Source: Vicugna vicugna (taxonomy: Eukaryota). From it: a stretch of 64,000 bases of DNA. Below the pieces are notes generated by a model, which saw only the letters and a program-made list of their open reading frames with translations, did no database searches and was not told where the DNA came from. Where the stretch lies: contig MU057781.1 of NCBI GenBank assembly GCA_013265495.1, positions 1,054,001-1,118,000 of the forward strand. The letters run 5' to 3'. Below, piece by piece: positions 47,603 to 60,134 of this stretch; the first letter of the stretch is position 1, and the number at the start of each line of letters is the position of its first letter. Both the position numbers and the translations under genes were made by a program.

Positions 47603-50600
47603 TCATGTACCATTCTTAATCACAGCAACTCTTCGGACAGGTTACACTAATTTAAGTAATTTTGCTTTAAAAATTCTCCGCTGTCTCTCACATCTACCAC
47701 TGTGCGGAAATAGATTAGCCCACTGTTCTGGCCTGTGCCTGCCTTGGGTTCTTTTCCTTTCTATCACCCTGTTATGTGACCTCCAAACTGTCCTGTACGA
47801 GAATGATGGATCAGTGGTCCTGTCAGGAGGCCTGGGCCCTGATGGGCTGGCACATGGGCGGAGGTGGCTGTGCAGGGCAGAGGGGTTGCCTGTCTCCCCC
47901 AGGAATTCAGGCAGGGTGGCGGCCCGAGGCACCTGCGTGGGGATTCCAGGCTGGCACGTTTAGGAAGAGTCCGGGGTCCCAGTGGTTCACAAGCAGCACA
48001 TGAAGGAACAATGTGGGTCAGTGTGGCGGGGCACAGAAGGGTCTGGAAGGTGGTGTCTGCAGGAGAGTGAAGGGGCAGGGTGCCATCCTCCACTCTGGAG
48101 GAGGAGCTGGGCTGCTCGGGGAGCCGAGGCCAGCTGGTCGGCTCCCAGCTCCTGCCACGTGTGCAGAGCTCCAGCCCCTGGGCAGAGGCTTAGAGATGGG
48201 CCCCTTCCCGCTCAGAACCATCTGTGCCACCTGGAGCCAGGAGCACAGAGAGGGCCAGGCGGGTCAGAGGGGCTTCCTGGGAGAGGCAGGCCTGAGGCAG
48301 GGAGGAGACCTGGGGGGTGGGGACGTGGTCCCAGAGCCTCAGGGTGGCACGGCACCTTCAACTCACTGACTCACGGCACAGACAGACAGGTGGTGCCCAG
48401 AGCCGTCAGGTCCCCCGGGCCGAGGGCAGGGCGGGATGCAAGCCCTGGGATGGGAGAGGAGAGGTCTGGGTGTGCAGGACCAGCTGGGGGCCAGAGGACC
48501 GTCCGAGAGAGGATGCCCTGGTGCCAGGCCTGAGCATGACACTCGGTCTGTGCTTGGGATGCCTCACCTGAGAGTGGGACACAGCTGTGGGCAAGCACTT
48601 CACTGCCCTTGCCTGGACAGAACTGGACCCAGTGTCCGGCTGTGAGGCCAGATCGATTCTGTAAGCTCGATTCTGGTGGGGACTCCTGCAACTCCCCAAG
48701 GGACCATTTGGAGGGCTTTGGGGGAGGGGCGAAGAGAACTGGGGCCTCTGCTCCTGCCCCTGCCCAGCCCTGGCCCAGCCCTGGGGGCAGCGCGTGCGGC
48801 GGCCCCTCCTGGGGGCGCCCCACCCTCCGGCATGGCTGGGCCTGCAGGATGGGACTCCACAGGCTTCCTTCCAGAGGCCGCCCAGCCTGGACGTTCAGGG
48901 CGAGAGACTCAGGGGCCGGGCTAGTGTGGGGCCCCCCGGTGCCCCCAGTCTGGTTCACCCTCTGTCATCTGAGACCTTGATGCGGGGGTGGGGGGACACT
49001 GTGCGGCCTGCCCCTGGGGTGGGGCCGAGGCAGGCGGGGGCTCTGGTCCCTGCAGTGTCCCTGGGAAGTGTGAGCAGGGGTGTGGGGTCTGGGTGGGAGC
49101 TGAGGAGCTCTCCAGGCGCCCCACAGCCGGAGACAGGCGTGGCTGGCAGCACCACGAGAAGCAAACGTCCCCCTCCCTCCCCGCCTCAGCGCCTCTTTCT
49201 GTGGGCGGTGTCACACCTGAGCTTCGGGGAGGGGGTGGTGAGGGAGGGCAGATGCCCCGCTGCCTGGAGTCCTGGGCCAGGACTGGGAGGGCCCACACGC
49301 AGCGGTCGGGGTCCTGCAGAAGGCGCAAGGCTTCCAGCACCTAGACCTGACCCTCATCAGCAGACCGCCCTTGGACCCCTGCTCCTGGATCGGGGAGGGG
49401 CCGCTCCCAGGGACCAGGGACCCCACACTGTCCCACCTAATACTCCGAAGGCATGGTTTGAGGCACGAGGAGACACTCGGTCAGGGGGCAAGTCCAGGGC
49501 GGCACAAGTCTCCCTGCCCAGCCTGAGGGCAGCTGGGTGTGCCGGGCCAGGCCCCTCGGAGTGGAATCCAGTGTCCTCCACCCCCTCACTGGGCCCGAGA
49601 CCCCAGACACGGGGCGGAGGGGGCAGGAGGTCTGTGACTCCCCTGGGTTATTTCTTCCTCACTGTGGGCTCCAGCCACCCTTGTTTTGGGAAGTCGAGAC
49701 GGCCTGTCGCTGAGGGTCCCGGGTACACGTCCTCCCCTGGCCTCCTGCTCTGCCTTCTCATCCAAGGAATTCAGGACGTTTCCCTGGGAAACGTGACCCT
49801 GACCGCTGCCCGTGGGCCCGGCACCATTTGCCTTGTGCCCTGAGGCCTCCAGCTGCAGCTTTGGGGGATGGTTCTAAGCCCCGAGGGGCAACGTTTCCGA
49901 GGACATCCGGTCCTGGGCTCAGTCAGGATGGGCTGGTCTCCGCCTGGGCCGTTTGTCCCCCAGGGCACCCACTGCAGAGCCTGGTGCCCTGGAAAACGGG
50001 AGGCGGTGGGGGCCCCAGACCCAGGGCGCTGGGGCAGAGGAGGCCTCCGCATCGTTTCGTCGACACCACCTCTCCCCTCTTGTCACAAAGAGTTCAAATC
50101 TCTAATAAGAAAATTTAAGAGCCCTCATCAGCTCCGTCCCAGCCATTAGCCAACTGCACAGGGGTATTAATCTAATCACCCCCTCTGGTCTCAATGAATC
50201 GTGATAAAAATGTCAAACACTTAGATCACATTGGCCGGCAGCACCGTGACTGAGCGGTGAGGCAGGGCGCGGCCCTCGAGCCACCCGACAAGGGAGCGGG
50301 CTGCAGGCTGCTGCTCCCCCAGGAGCCCTTCCGAGTTTACGTGGACTCCAGGTCTGTCCGAGGTCAGTGTTGGCCCCACAAGCTGAGCTGTCCCTGGGGA
50401 GCCCTGGGCTGGGCGTGGGGGGACCAGAGAGATGCAGGGGTGGGGAGGCACTGGCAGCCCCCACAGGACGAGACCCCGAGAGGCAGGGTCGCAGGCCCCT
50501 CCAAGAGTCGGCTGCCCCACGGAGAAGCCGCCCCTGGCCCCGGGCACCCCAGCCACAGGGAGCTCCCAGCATCTGCTTCCTGGGAACCAGGCTGGCTGCT

Positions 50601-53037
50601 CTTTGTGAGGGTGGAGACGCAGTGAAAATTGATTTCTCTGTTGGAAACGGGACAATTAAACTGGTTGTTTCATCTCCATCATCGTCATAGTAAAATGAGG
50701 ACAGCAGGCTGCGTGCGGCGGTAAGTAATGCCGTATGTCTTAATGCGAGGGAGCGTTAATTGAATACAAATGGCCTTCCCTGAAGCTGCTTGGTTATATT
50801 TCAGAGATATGGGATAATGATGCCAGTTAATCATTTTTACAAGATAGAAAATTACTGGCTCCTCCAGGAAGATCATTAAGGAAAACAATTGTTCATAGCA
50901 ACTGAAAATAGAGTTTTAATTATTTAATGCAGGAATTAAACTATTAGAGACCAGTGCTGAATGAAGGAACTCACTAGAAATTTATACACAAGCGCCTATG
51001 AACATTTTAGTTTTATTAACCCACCTAACTTCTTAATCCAAATCAATCTGCAAGGCCTGTTTTAGCTATGATTGTCAGTTAACTGCTTGGAGAGGAGGGT
51101 AGGCCCAAGCGAGGCCCAGAGGGACAGGGAGTGTGGAACCACAGACCTGTCCTGGGGCGGAGACCGGGTGAGGGCGGCCCTGCCCTCGGGTGGGCACCAG
51201 GCATCCCCCTGAGGGTCCCAGGAGGGATCCAGGGGCTCAGAGTGCCGGTGCCAGGAGGTGTGAGCCCCCAGACCAGGGCAGACCGAGGCCGGGGTCTCCC
51301 CAGCAGTGGAAGACAGGGCGTGGAATGGCCACGTGGAGCACGGCCGTGGTCTGGGCCTGGGTGGTGCTGTGCTACCGGCTTTGATGAAGGAGGACTTGTC
51401 CACACGGAGCCAGGAGCTGCCCACCTGGCAGGTCATGTGACATGACCCCCAACCCTGGCTGGCCAGGCTCCACAGCCTACAGGACCTTGGCCCCCAGTCC
51501 ACTCTGCTGCAGCCCCCACTCAGCCCCCACCTCCCCGGGAACGATGGGGACCCTCGACGGCTCACCCCATCCTGGGAGCACCCTTGGCCCTGACGCACTG
51601 GACCTTCCGTGCGTGCAGCCAGCCTGCTGGAGGGTAGGGACACTTTCAACAAGGATTCAGGTTAAAGTTGCGAAATGGGAAATCCTTCACCGTGTGGAGT
51701 GAAACCAGAGACCTGCTGGTGACAGGACAGGAGCTCGCTGGGTGAAAACGCAGACGGGAAACCAGAGACCCATCAAAACGCTGACCTCGGGTGTGGGCTG
51801 TGTCTTCCCTGTAATTCCCTCCAATTTCCTACAATAAAACATATTGTTAAAAGAAGCTCTCTATTTTAAAAATATGGAAATCAATATTTTCAAGACATAA
51901 ATTCAGAAAACAAATGGAACTTGTAAGCCAGTGGTTGACTCCTCAGTCTGCGGGCTGTTGCGGCGGTCGAGGGGGGGGCACCTGGGCTCGGGGGCGGGCG
52001 CAGAGGGGCAGGTGCAGGGACCACGCCTCCCTGATGGGCGGGGTCGGGCCCTCCTGGTCCCCGTCAGGGGTGGACCGAGGCCGGGGGTCACATTTTCCAG
52101 GGGAGAGGATGGGCCTCTGGGTGAACGGCTCAAGGTCTCAGAGCATGGGCAGTGCTCAGCTCGGACCAGAGCCGGCTGCGGGTGGGAGCGGAGGCTGGGC
52201 GTGGGCGGTGGCGGCCTCCCGGAGCCCCCGGCCCTCCCCTCGCGCCAGGGCGCCCACCGCCCACCTGCTCCTTTCTGGAGCACATTCAGAACCCGCAGGT
52301 CTGGTCACCCTTTCTGCAAGGGCTGCCCACCATTCCAATTACACTGTCTCCTATTATTACCAATAAATTCCAAGTGATCTTTTTTCTCCTTAACAGTTTT
52401 TAGGGTTACATAAATTTCACCTGCGCAGTTTCTTCATGCCTGAATATATTACAGAACGCCACTTCTGCTGGAGAAGCTAATTGATACTGTGATTTGTCAT
52501 GTTGCCGGGACATAATTCAGGAAGGTGTTTTAGATCCTTTGATACACGGCCCAGCACTCACGGTTAACATTTCTCACATGAGCAGACACGGCATCAGGTG
52601 AAAATGTGACGCTGCGCGGATGAAATATTTCCAGAAGCTTTTATTCTTGTTGTTTGGGTGGGTGCCAACATCTTTCTAGAAGAAAGCGCATATTTCCAAC
52701 GCTGCTTGATGTGAATTTATTCCCCGGTCATCAGTTAGCTTTAAAAAAAAACTAGAACGAGTATGTGTATATATTTTAAAAAAGGAAAAAATCAAACACA
52801 AAAGAGGGGAATCGCCACCTCAATGTAATCAAAGATGAGCTTTGAAAAAACTCTTCCTGGTGAGTTAATTGCAGAGTCACAGGGAGCCGCAGGGACGTCT
52901 CAGGCAGCGCAGCACGCCCTGCGCACACACGCGGCCCCGGAGCACCGGACACGCGCAAACCAGGAGGTCGAGGTCGGTGCCACGGCGCCATCCAGGCTGT
53001 GGACCTGACTCTGTTTCCACCACTTTGACAGGCGCTC

Positions 53038-53040
<3 letters not shown>

Positions 53041-53071
<31 letters not shown>

Positions 53072-53337
53072 ATCCGCGTCTTGTCGTGTGTGTCCATCTG
53101 TGTGTCTGNNNNNNNNNNNNNNNNNNNNNNNNNNNNNNNNNNNNNNNNNNNNNNNNNNNNNNNNNNNNNNNNNNNNNNNNNNNNNNNNNNNNNNNNNNNN
53201 NNNNNNNNNNNNNNNNNNNNNNNNNNNNNNNNNNNNNNNNNNNNTCTCTCTGTGTCTGTGTGTCTGTCTGTGTCTGTGTGTCTGTCTCTCAGTGTCTGTC
53301 TGTCTCTCTGTGTCTGTGTGTCTGTCTCTTGTGGTCT
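53041..53337. repeat. (TG)n followed by a compound (TGTC/TGTGTC/TC)n microsatellite containing an N gap
   Basis: Directly visible. Confidence 0.92.
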
Positions 53338-55103
53338 GTGAGGCTGTCTCTCTGCGCCTGCACCAGCATTTGGTGTTTGTCACTGTTGTTCCTTTTAGCT
53401 GTTTCAGTAGACACGGTAGTGGTATCTTGTCACGGTCTTAATTTGTGCTCTTTTTGGCTACTTGGACTGTCATGTGTCTCAGCCCAGGAAGTCTCGGGAC
53501 TGGTCTCCTTGCACCTAAGAGCTGCAGGGACACAGCCTCGCCAGCCAGGGTCCAGTGCGAGGTCAGGACGGAGCACGGAGCCTGCTCCTGTAGCCTGGGG
53601 AGCCCTCTGAGGCTGCTCCCCTTCCCGTGTGCTCAGCTCTGGGCCTCCCAGCCCAGGCGGTGACCAGGATCAATTCGCCTGGGGCCTGGCGCCCTCTGGC
53701 CTTTGGGTGGCTGCCTCCGGCTGCCAGTTGGCCCCAGAGTGGGTGCTCAGAGGCCAGAGAGGTCTCCCGGTGAGACAGGCAGGAGACAGGGCTTGCATGG
53801 GGGCGGGACTTCCGTACAGACCCCACACCTGTGCTCGGAGGCTGGCAGAACAGCGCTGACAGGACCAGGAGCCCCAGGGACTCCTGGACAGAGCAGCCCG
53901 AGCAGCCCCCGGCTGGGGTCCCCTGAGGGCCCAGTGCCAGGGGGACCGTGACCTCTCCTGTGCCCCCACCTGCGTGTCCTCTAACGGGGTGGGCTTCACT
54001 CCAGAGAGACCGGGGCTGGTCTCCCTCAGCCTGGGAGGCTCTGTGCCCCCGTGGGCCAGGTTGGCCTGGGTGTGGTGTGAGGCCCTTCCCTGGTGACTGT
54101 GGCATCTGTCCTTCCTACAACCGCCCTCAATTCCGGCTGAGTGTCCAGCTCTAGGGACAGTGGCCTCTCCCAGGTTCACTCCATCCACGGCAGAGACCAC
54201 GGGCGGTGGCTGGATGTCGAGCTCTGTGGGGGGACTCTGCAATCCAGGATGGGGCCCCTCACCCACCTCCCGTCCCTTGGAATCTGCCATCACCCTGCGT
54301 CCCACATCAACCTCCCACTGCCCCCCGACGTGCCCTGCCCCCCGAGGCTCAGCCCCAGGACCCATGGCGCCTTCCACAGGCTCTCGCCTCCCTCATTCAC
54401 CCGTCCAGTCACTCACTCAGCAGACGTCACTGAGCCCCACCGTGTCCTGGCATTGGACAAAGGCTGCTCCCTCGAGGGGTCCCCAGCCCGGCCATCAGAG
54501 GTGACCACAGACGGTGAAACACCCAGGAGTGGTCGGTGAGGGCAGGACAAACGTGGGTGGTGCAGCAGGGCCGCCCAGAGGACTCCCCGCGTGGGCACTT
54601 TGCCACTTCTGGTCCCTCAGCATGGGCGGAACCGAGGTCACTGCTGGGCCCAGCCTGACGGCTCCCGGCCCCCATGCCCGCGGGAGGCGGCTGGCTCTGC
54701 AGCACAGGCGGAGCTGGAACCTGCCGTGGGCCGGGACATCAGGTCCGCAAGCCCAGTGCCGGCCACTCCACCAAGAGCTGTCTGGAGCGTGGCACCTAGA
54801 CCTGGTCGGCCGTCCCTCCTGGTCACAGTTCGATGGCCACAGCCCCATGGGCCGAGTGACACGTGTGACTGAGTCCTTCCCTCGGAGCCCTGCCCAGGAT
54901 GTGAGCCCCCGCCGCTGTGCAGGAAGCTGGGCCGCAGGCTTGGGGGCGCGTGCCGCGTGGCCAGTTCCTTCCCTTTGAGGTTTGAGGGTGGGAAGGCGCC
55001 GGCGTTGGCAGTGGGGTGGGGTGCATGGGGCGAGGGGCACAGAGCCACGGCTGGCCACTGCTTCCGGGGTCACAGAAACACAGCTCAAAAGCTGACTTAG
55101 CTG

Positions 55104-55109
55104 TTTACT
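55104..55109 (-). terminator. CFAP46: Candidate CFAP46 polyadenylation signal (AGTAAA variant)
   Basis: Plus-strand TTTACT in the first AT-richer patch ~430 nt after the stop; no canonical AATAAA seen nearer. Confidence 0.4.
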
Positions 55110-55534
55110 GAAGCGCTTCAACAACTCAGAGCCAGGGTGTGCAAGGCTTGGGGGGGGGTGCCCAACCGCCAGCCTCCTCCTGCTGCGGCCTGCGGGAGGC
55201 GGGTCCTCCACCCAGTGCCCGCACAGGGAGAGCCTGGAGCAGCCGAAGGCCTGAAGGTCCAGGCAGCTCTAGGGTCAGCGGGACACACCCCTCCCCCTCG
55301 CCCACACTGCCCAGCCCCCTCCCGGGGCCCCTGGCTTCAGGGTGGAGACTTGCAGGTGCCGTGCTGTGCAGAAGGGGGGGGTGGAGTCCCTGCCTGACAG
55401 CCTGGCGGGAGGTCACTGAAGGAGGGGCTCCACTGGGGAGACCCCAGAAAGGGGAGGAACTGGTCCAGGAAGGAAATGCTGAGCCGGCTGCGGAGAGGGC
55501 CTGCGGGGAGGGGCTGGGGGAGAAGGCGGCCCCG

Positions 55535-55659
55535 TCACACGATGGCCTGGTGCGGCAGCCCGTAGAGGACCATGTTGAGGGCGATGGGGAGCCGCTCTGC
55601 GCCCTGCAGCTGTGGCCGGAGCAGCGCCAGCTTGTCCTTCCAGGTCTGCAGAGGCTCGT
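55535..55659 (-). CDS. CFAP46: CFAP46 terminal coding exon, (D)EPLQTWKDKLALLRPQLQGAERLPIALNMVLYGLPHQAIV*
   Basis: ctcctcacag acceptor; TGA at 55537-55535; the nine exons total 809 nt in one continuous frame. Confidence 0.85.
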
Positions 55660-56439
55660 CTGTGAGGAGCATGGACGGGGCTTGTGAGACGCGGGATCCC
55701 CGGGCTCAGGGCGCATGGGGGGAGTGGGAGGGAGGGGAGGGCGCTGCTGGCTCTGCCTCCCTCCAGAGGCGAGGACCCGCTGCCCGTCCTTACAGGCGAG
55801 GGCCCCAGGGCCACCCGCCCACTCTCTCACTCCATTGCTTGCTCAGCCACTCAACAAGCATTTCTCTCTGGCCCCTGCAGCCCGCCCCCGCCACCGTGGA
55901 CCTTGCGACTCTGAGTCTGAAGCGCCCTTTGCGCCCTGTGTCCCGAAGACGCCATGCTGTGGACCTGACTCTGTTTCCACCACTTTGACAGGCGCTCATG
56001 ACTCTGGATCATGCTGGGACACACCTCCCTCAGACCGGCCCTTCAACCTGCGTCTGGAGCTCCTGCTCGGGCAGCATGCAAGGTTTTACAGCAGGACCCG
56101 TGCGTGACGCTGCTGCCCCCTGTGGGATCGGGGCTGCCTTTGCCCTGGAGGAGCGGTGGGTGGTTCCCTCACATCCAGAAAGCACACCAGGGCTTAGAAT
56201 TTGTGGGGCCTGAACCGTTCTGAGATGAATTAGCAGCTCCCCTGACCCGAGTGCTGTGTGCTTCCCCCTAACGACCTTTGATGCCAGACCTCGCTACGGC
56301 CAGGACCCGTGGGAGGCTGACGTTGTCAGCACGTGCTGGCCTTCGGAGGCTCCCTGCCCTGCAGGGCTGCAGGGGCAGCGGCTGGGAGGTGGCAGCCACA
56401 AAGCCTGATGAACCAGTGAGGAGGGTGGCCTCTGGTTAC

Positions 56440-56520
56440 CACGGTCCGCCGCTTCACCGGCTCCCATCTTCTGAAGGAGGTGGGTCGTTCTCCCGATGGA
56501 CTTGCCAACTGCCAGCAGAT
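56440..56520 (-). CDS. CFAP46: CFAP46 penultimate coding exon, (N)LLAVGKSIGRTTHLLQKMGAGEAADR(D)
   Basis: ttccccag acceptor after an 81-nt intron, 81 nt, GTAACC donor. Confidence 0.85.
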
Positions 56521-56601
56521 CTGGGGAAGAGACGTCCCTCAGACGGGCCTCTGGGAGGCCCAGAGGGAACCAGGCTGGACCGGGGTCCCCTCACGACTCA
56601 C

Positions 56602-56738
56602 TCTCCCACAGGACGCTGGCCCGCATCGCATTGTCCTGCAGGACCGTCGGCCACTGGTTCGCCACGATGCTGCGGACCCCCACCAGACTCAGAAGGATGG
56701 CAGTCCGGACGGGCTCCTCCAGGGACAACCGGAGTGCA
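56602..56738 (-). CDS. CFAP46: CFAP46 137-nt coding exon, (S)ALRLSLEEPVRTAILLSLVGVRSIVANQWPTVLQDNAMRASVLWE(N)
   Basis: cctgcag acceptor, GTGAGT donor; bridges phase 2 to phase 1 and keeps an open frame to the terminal YGLP motif. Confidence 0.88.
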
Positions 56739-57370
56739 CTGCAGGGGACCGGGCTCCCGTGGGTGGCGCCCAGGGGCTCAGCCCGAGCCCTCCCCCACCC
56801 GCAGCCCAAGCACCCCACGTGGGGACGTGTATCTGGGCTGACAGCTCTTAAGGTTCTTGACAGCATCAAGAATCCTGCCCATCCTCCCCACACACCATTA
56901 AGCAACATTTAACAAGAAAGGTCATTTCTGAGTCCAGCCAAGTCCCTCCGGACGGCCCCCAGCCACAGGGTGGAGCCAGGAGGGAAGCGCCCCCAGGCAC
57001 GGGTGGTCCCCGCTCAGCCCGCAGCCCACAGAGGCCCTGGGGTGGCATGTGACATGTGAGCTGTGAAGCCAGGGTGTCCTCCGAGCTGCCAGCCCTCTGT
57101 CTCCCAGCTCAGTCCCAGCCGGCCTGTGGTCTGCTGGTGGAGCCGCCCTTTCCCCACCCCCACCCCCACCCCCAGGGGACTTTGCCATGGAAGGGTCTGG
57201 GGCAGAGCATGGAGCCCCCACACAGTCACGGTGCAGAGACAGTTGTGTCCCCCGCACTCCCCAGCGGCACACCCATGGCTCGGATTCCCCACCCCATGCC
57301 CTGTTGCCTGCCCCAGCTACCCGGGGGCCGGGCTGCGAGCTGCAGCCTGTGCAGAGGGGACGCCGGGCAC

Positions 57371-57452
57371 CTCTTGTTCTCCGAGGACTCCAGGCGCCGC
57401 CGCATGCTGGTGTAGGACCGCGTCAGGTCCAGCAGGACCATCACCTGGCAGT
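57371..57452 (-). CDS. CFAP46: CFAP46 coding exon, (D)CQVMVLLDLTRSYTSMRRRLESSENK(S)
   Basis: cacag acceptor, 82 nt, weak GTGCCC donor; phases consistent. Confidence 0.9.
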
Positions 57453-58370
57453 CTGTGGGTCACAGGAGGGCGGCTCAGCGCCCTGGGGGTCCTTGCAGGC
57501 GGGTGTCGCCCGCGGTGCAGGTGGACCACAGAAACCCACCCCACCTGCCTGGGACTCGGACTTGACGTCCCTTTTCTGGGCTGCACTGGCCGCACGGGCA
57601 TTATTTGCCTCAGGGCCCTACCCCCTCCACACTCCCCTAGGCGACCAGGCCAGGCAATGGGAGGGGCGGGCAGCCCTCCCTGCCCCGCACAGGGGCCTCG
57701 GCTCCCAGCCTCCGCCCAGGAGGGCCAGCGTCGGGATGCAGCGCTGGGCTGTGCTGTGCAGGTCCGGCCCCTGGAGGACAGGCTCTGGTTGGTGACGCTG
57801 TCAGCCCTGCAGGGCTGTGAGCCTGTGAGAGCTTCTATTTCATTCGCCATCTCATTCGAGAAGGTGGGAATTAAAGTTTCAAAGAGGTCTGTTTCCACCT
57901 CCCCTGGAGTATATGGGTCCCCCCAGCGGACAGCTTGTGGGGAGCCAGGTGACAGGGGCAGTTCAGGCGTCCTGACCACAGGACAAGTGTCCACGTGCCT
58001 GTGGTGCCAGCCTTAGTGGAGCCACGCTCAAGGGTAGGGGCCACCTGTGAGGGTCCCTGAAAAGGCTCCTCCAACTATGCACAGTGGCCACCTGCCCAGC
58101 AACCGCCCCAGGAGAAGGTCAGGCGCGGGCAGGCCCCATGGGGTGGGGGTGGGGGGCGCTGGGGGCACCGCCACCAGCAGACGGGACGACGGCACTGGGG
58201 GCCCGTATTCCACCTAGAAGGACAGGCAACGGGGGGCTGGGCCAGCTTTCCCAACCCCTGGAGGGCTGACCCCCAGCTCCGGACCCTGGCCCTGTCTCTC
58301 AGAGAAATGGAGGAGGGGTCCTGAGCAGAGGCCCCCTGTGCCTTCCTAAAGTGCCCCCCAGCCTTTGTCA

Positions 58371-58928
<558 letters not shown>

Positions 58929-59167
58929 TCACCACCCTGACCCCTGCAGGCTCGGCCCCACTCCTCCCGGAGCTCAGCCCCCGGAGCCCCACCCCCTCCG
59001 GGAGGGCCCCCCTGGGAGTCAGGACACACACACACACACACACTGTGCTGTACTGGCCGCGGGCCCTCGTGCAGGGTCACACACACCCCTGGGGGCCCAG
59101 GTCCTCAGCTAGGCCCTGCGAGGACCGAGGCACTGGAGGGCGTTGACAGGACAGAATGAGGGGATCA

Positions 59168-59467
<300 letters not shown>

Positions 59468-59784
59468 TCACAGGCAGGGCCCCTCCCCTCCTTGTGGAGG
59501 GCTTTACAGCCCAACTCCCAAGAGAAGAGCCAAAGGACGCTGTTCTCGAGCCGCAGTGGCGCCCCCGGTGCCCGTCCTCAGGGGTTCATCTCACTCATGT
59601 CCTGTCCCGGCTGCAGACGGCGAGGGCCGGGTGTCGGGCACACGAGGGTCCGCCCCCCACGGTCAGCGTAGCAGGAGGTGACCTCCGTGGGACAGAGGCC
59701 CAGGCACCCGGTCCATGCTGCCCAGGCCCGGGCCAGGCCAGTCCAGGCCGTGGGTGGCGTGTGGCATGTTGCGGGAGCTCTCAC

Positions 59785-59820
59785 CTGTGCCCTGGGCCTC
59801 CTCGTAGGGGTCCACCATGA
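59785..59820 (-). CDS. CFAP46: CFAP46 36-nt micro-exon, (F)MVDPYEEAQGT(E)
   Basis: ccag acceptor, GTGAGA donor, phase 1 to phase 1, preserves the frame. Confidence 0.9.
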
Positions 59821-59890
59821 CTGGGCCTTGGTTAAGGAGACACAGGGCCACGGGCTCAGGGGTTTGGGCGGCCAAGCCGTCAAAGGATAC
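59821..59890 (-). other. CFAP46: U12-type (minor spliceosome) GT-AG intron, 70 nt, in CFAP46
   Basis: 5' site GTATCCTTT; branch site TCCTTAAC at 59838-59831, about 11 nt before the CAG; no polypyrimidine tract. Confidence 0.92.
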
Positions 59891-59951
59891 ATCTGAAGTT
59901 GTCCGAGTCGATGGTGATGCAGTCTGCGGGGATGATCCGGGGCACGCTGCC
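59891..59951 (-). CDS. CFAP46: CFAP46 coding exon, GSVPRIIPADCITIDSDNFR(F)
   Basis: ctcgcag acceptor, 61 nt, followed by the U12-type donor GTATCCTTT. Confidence 0.9.
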
Positions 59952-60053
59952 CTGCGAGGACAGATGGGGTCCTCAGGGACGCGTCCCAGGACAGCCTCGG
60001 GCCCAGAGCTGGCAGCGGGGCCCCAGGATCCCCGCGGGGCCGCCACCACCTAC

Positions 60054-60124
60054 CTTCGGGCCCTTCTTTGCCGGGCCTCTCTTCTTGTGGTCTTTGCCTC
60101 TGGCCTCTTTCTTCGTGTTCCCCT
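60054..60124 (-). CDS. CFAP46: CFAP46 coding exon, (E)GNTKKEARGKDHKKRGPAKKGPK
   Basis: taacag acceptor, 71 nt (2+69), GTAGGT donor; Lys-rich linker in frame with the downstream exons. Confidence 0.85.
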
Positions 60125-60134
60125 CTGTTAAGAC

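Noticed and set aside
55413-55814. ORF containing DLEGQAGAAP as the true CFAP46 terminus
   Set aside because: Reachable only by skipping the 137-nt exon, and that frame stops at 56456-56454; the YGLP frame fits all exon phases
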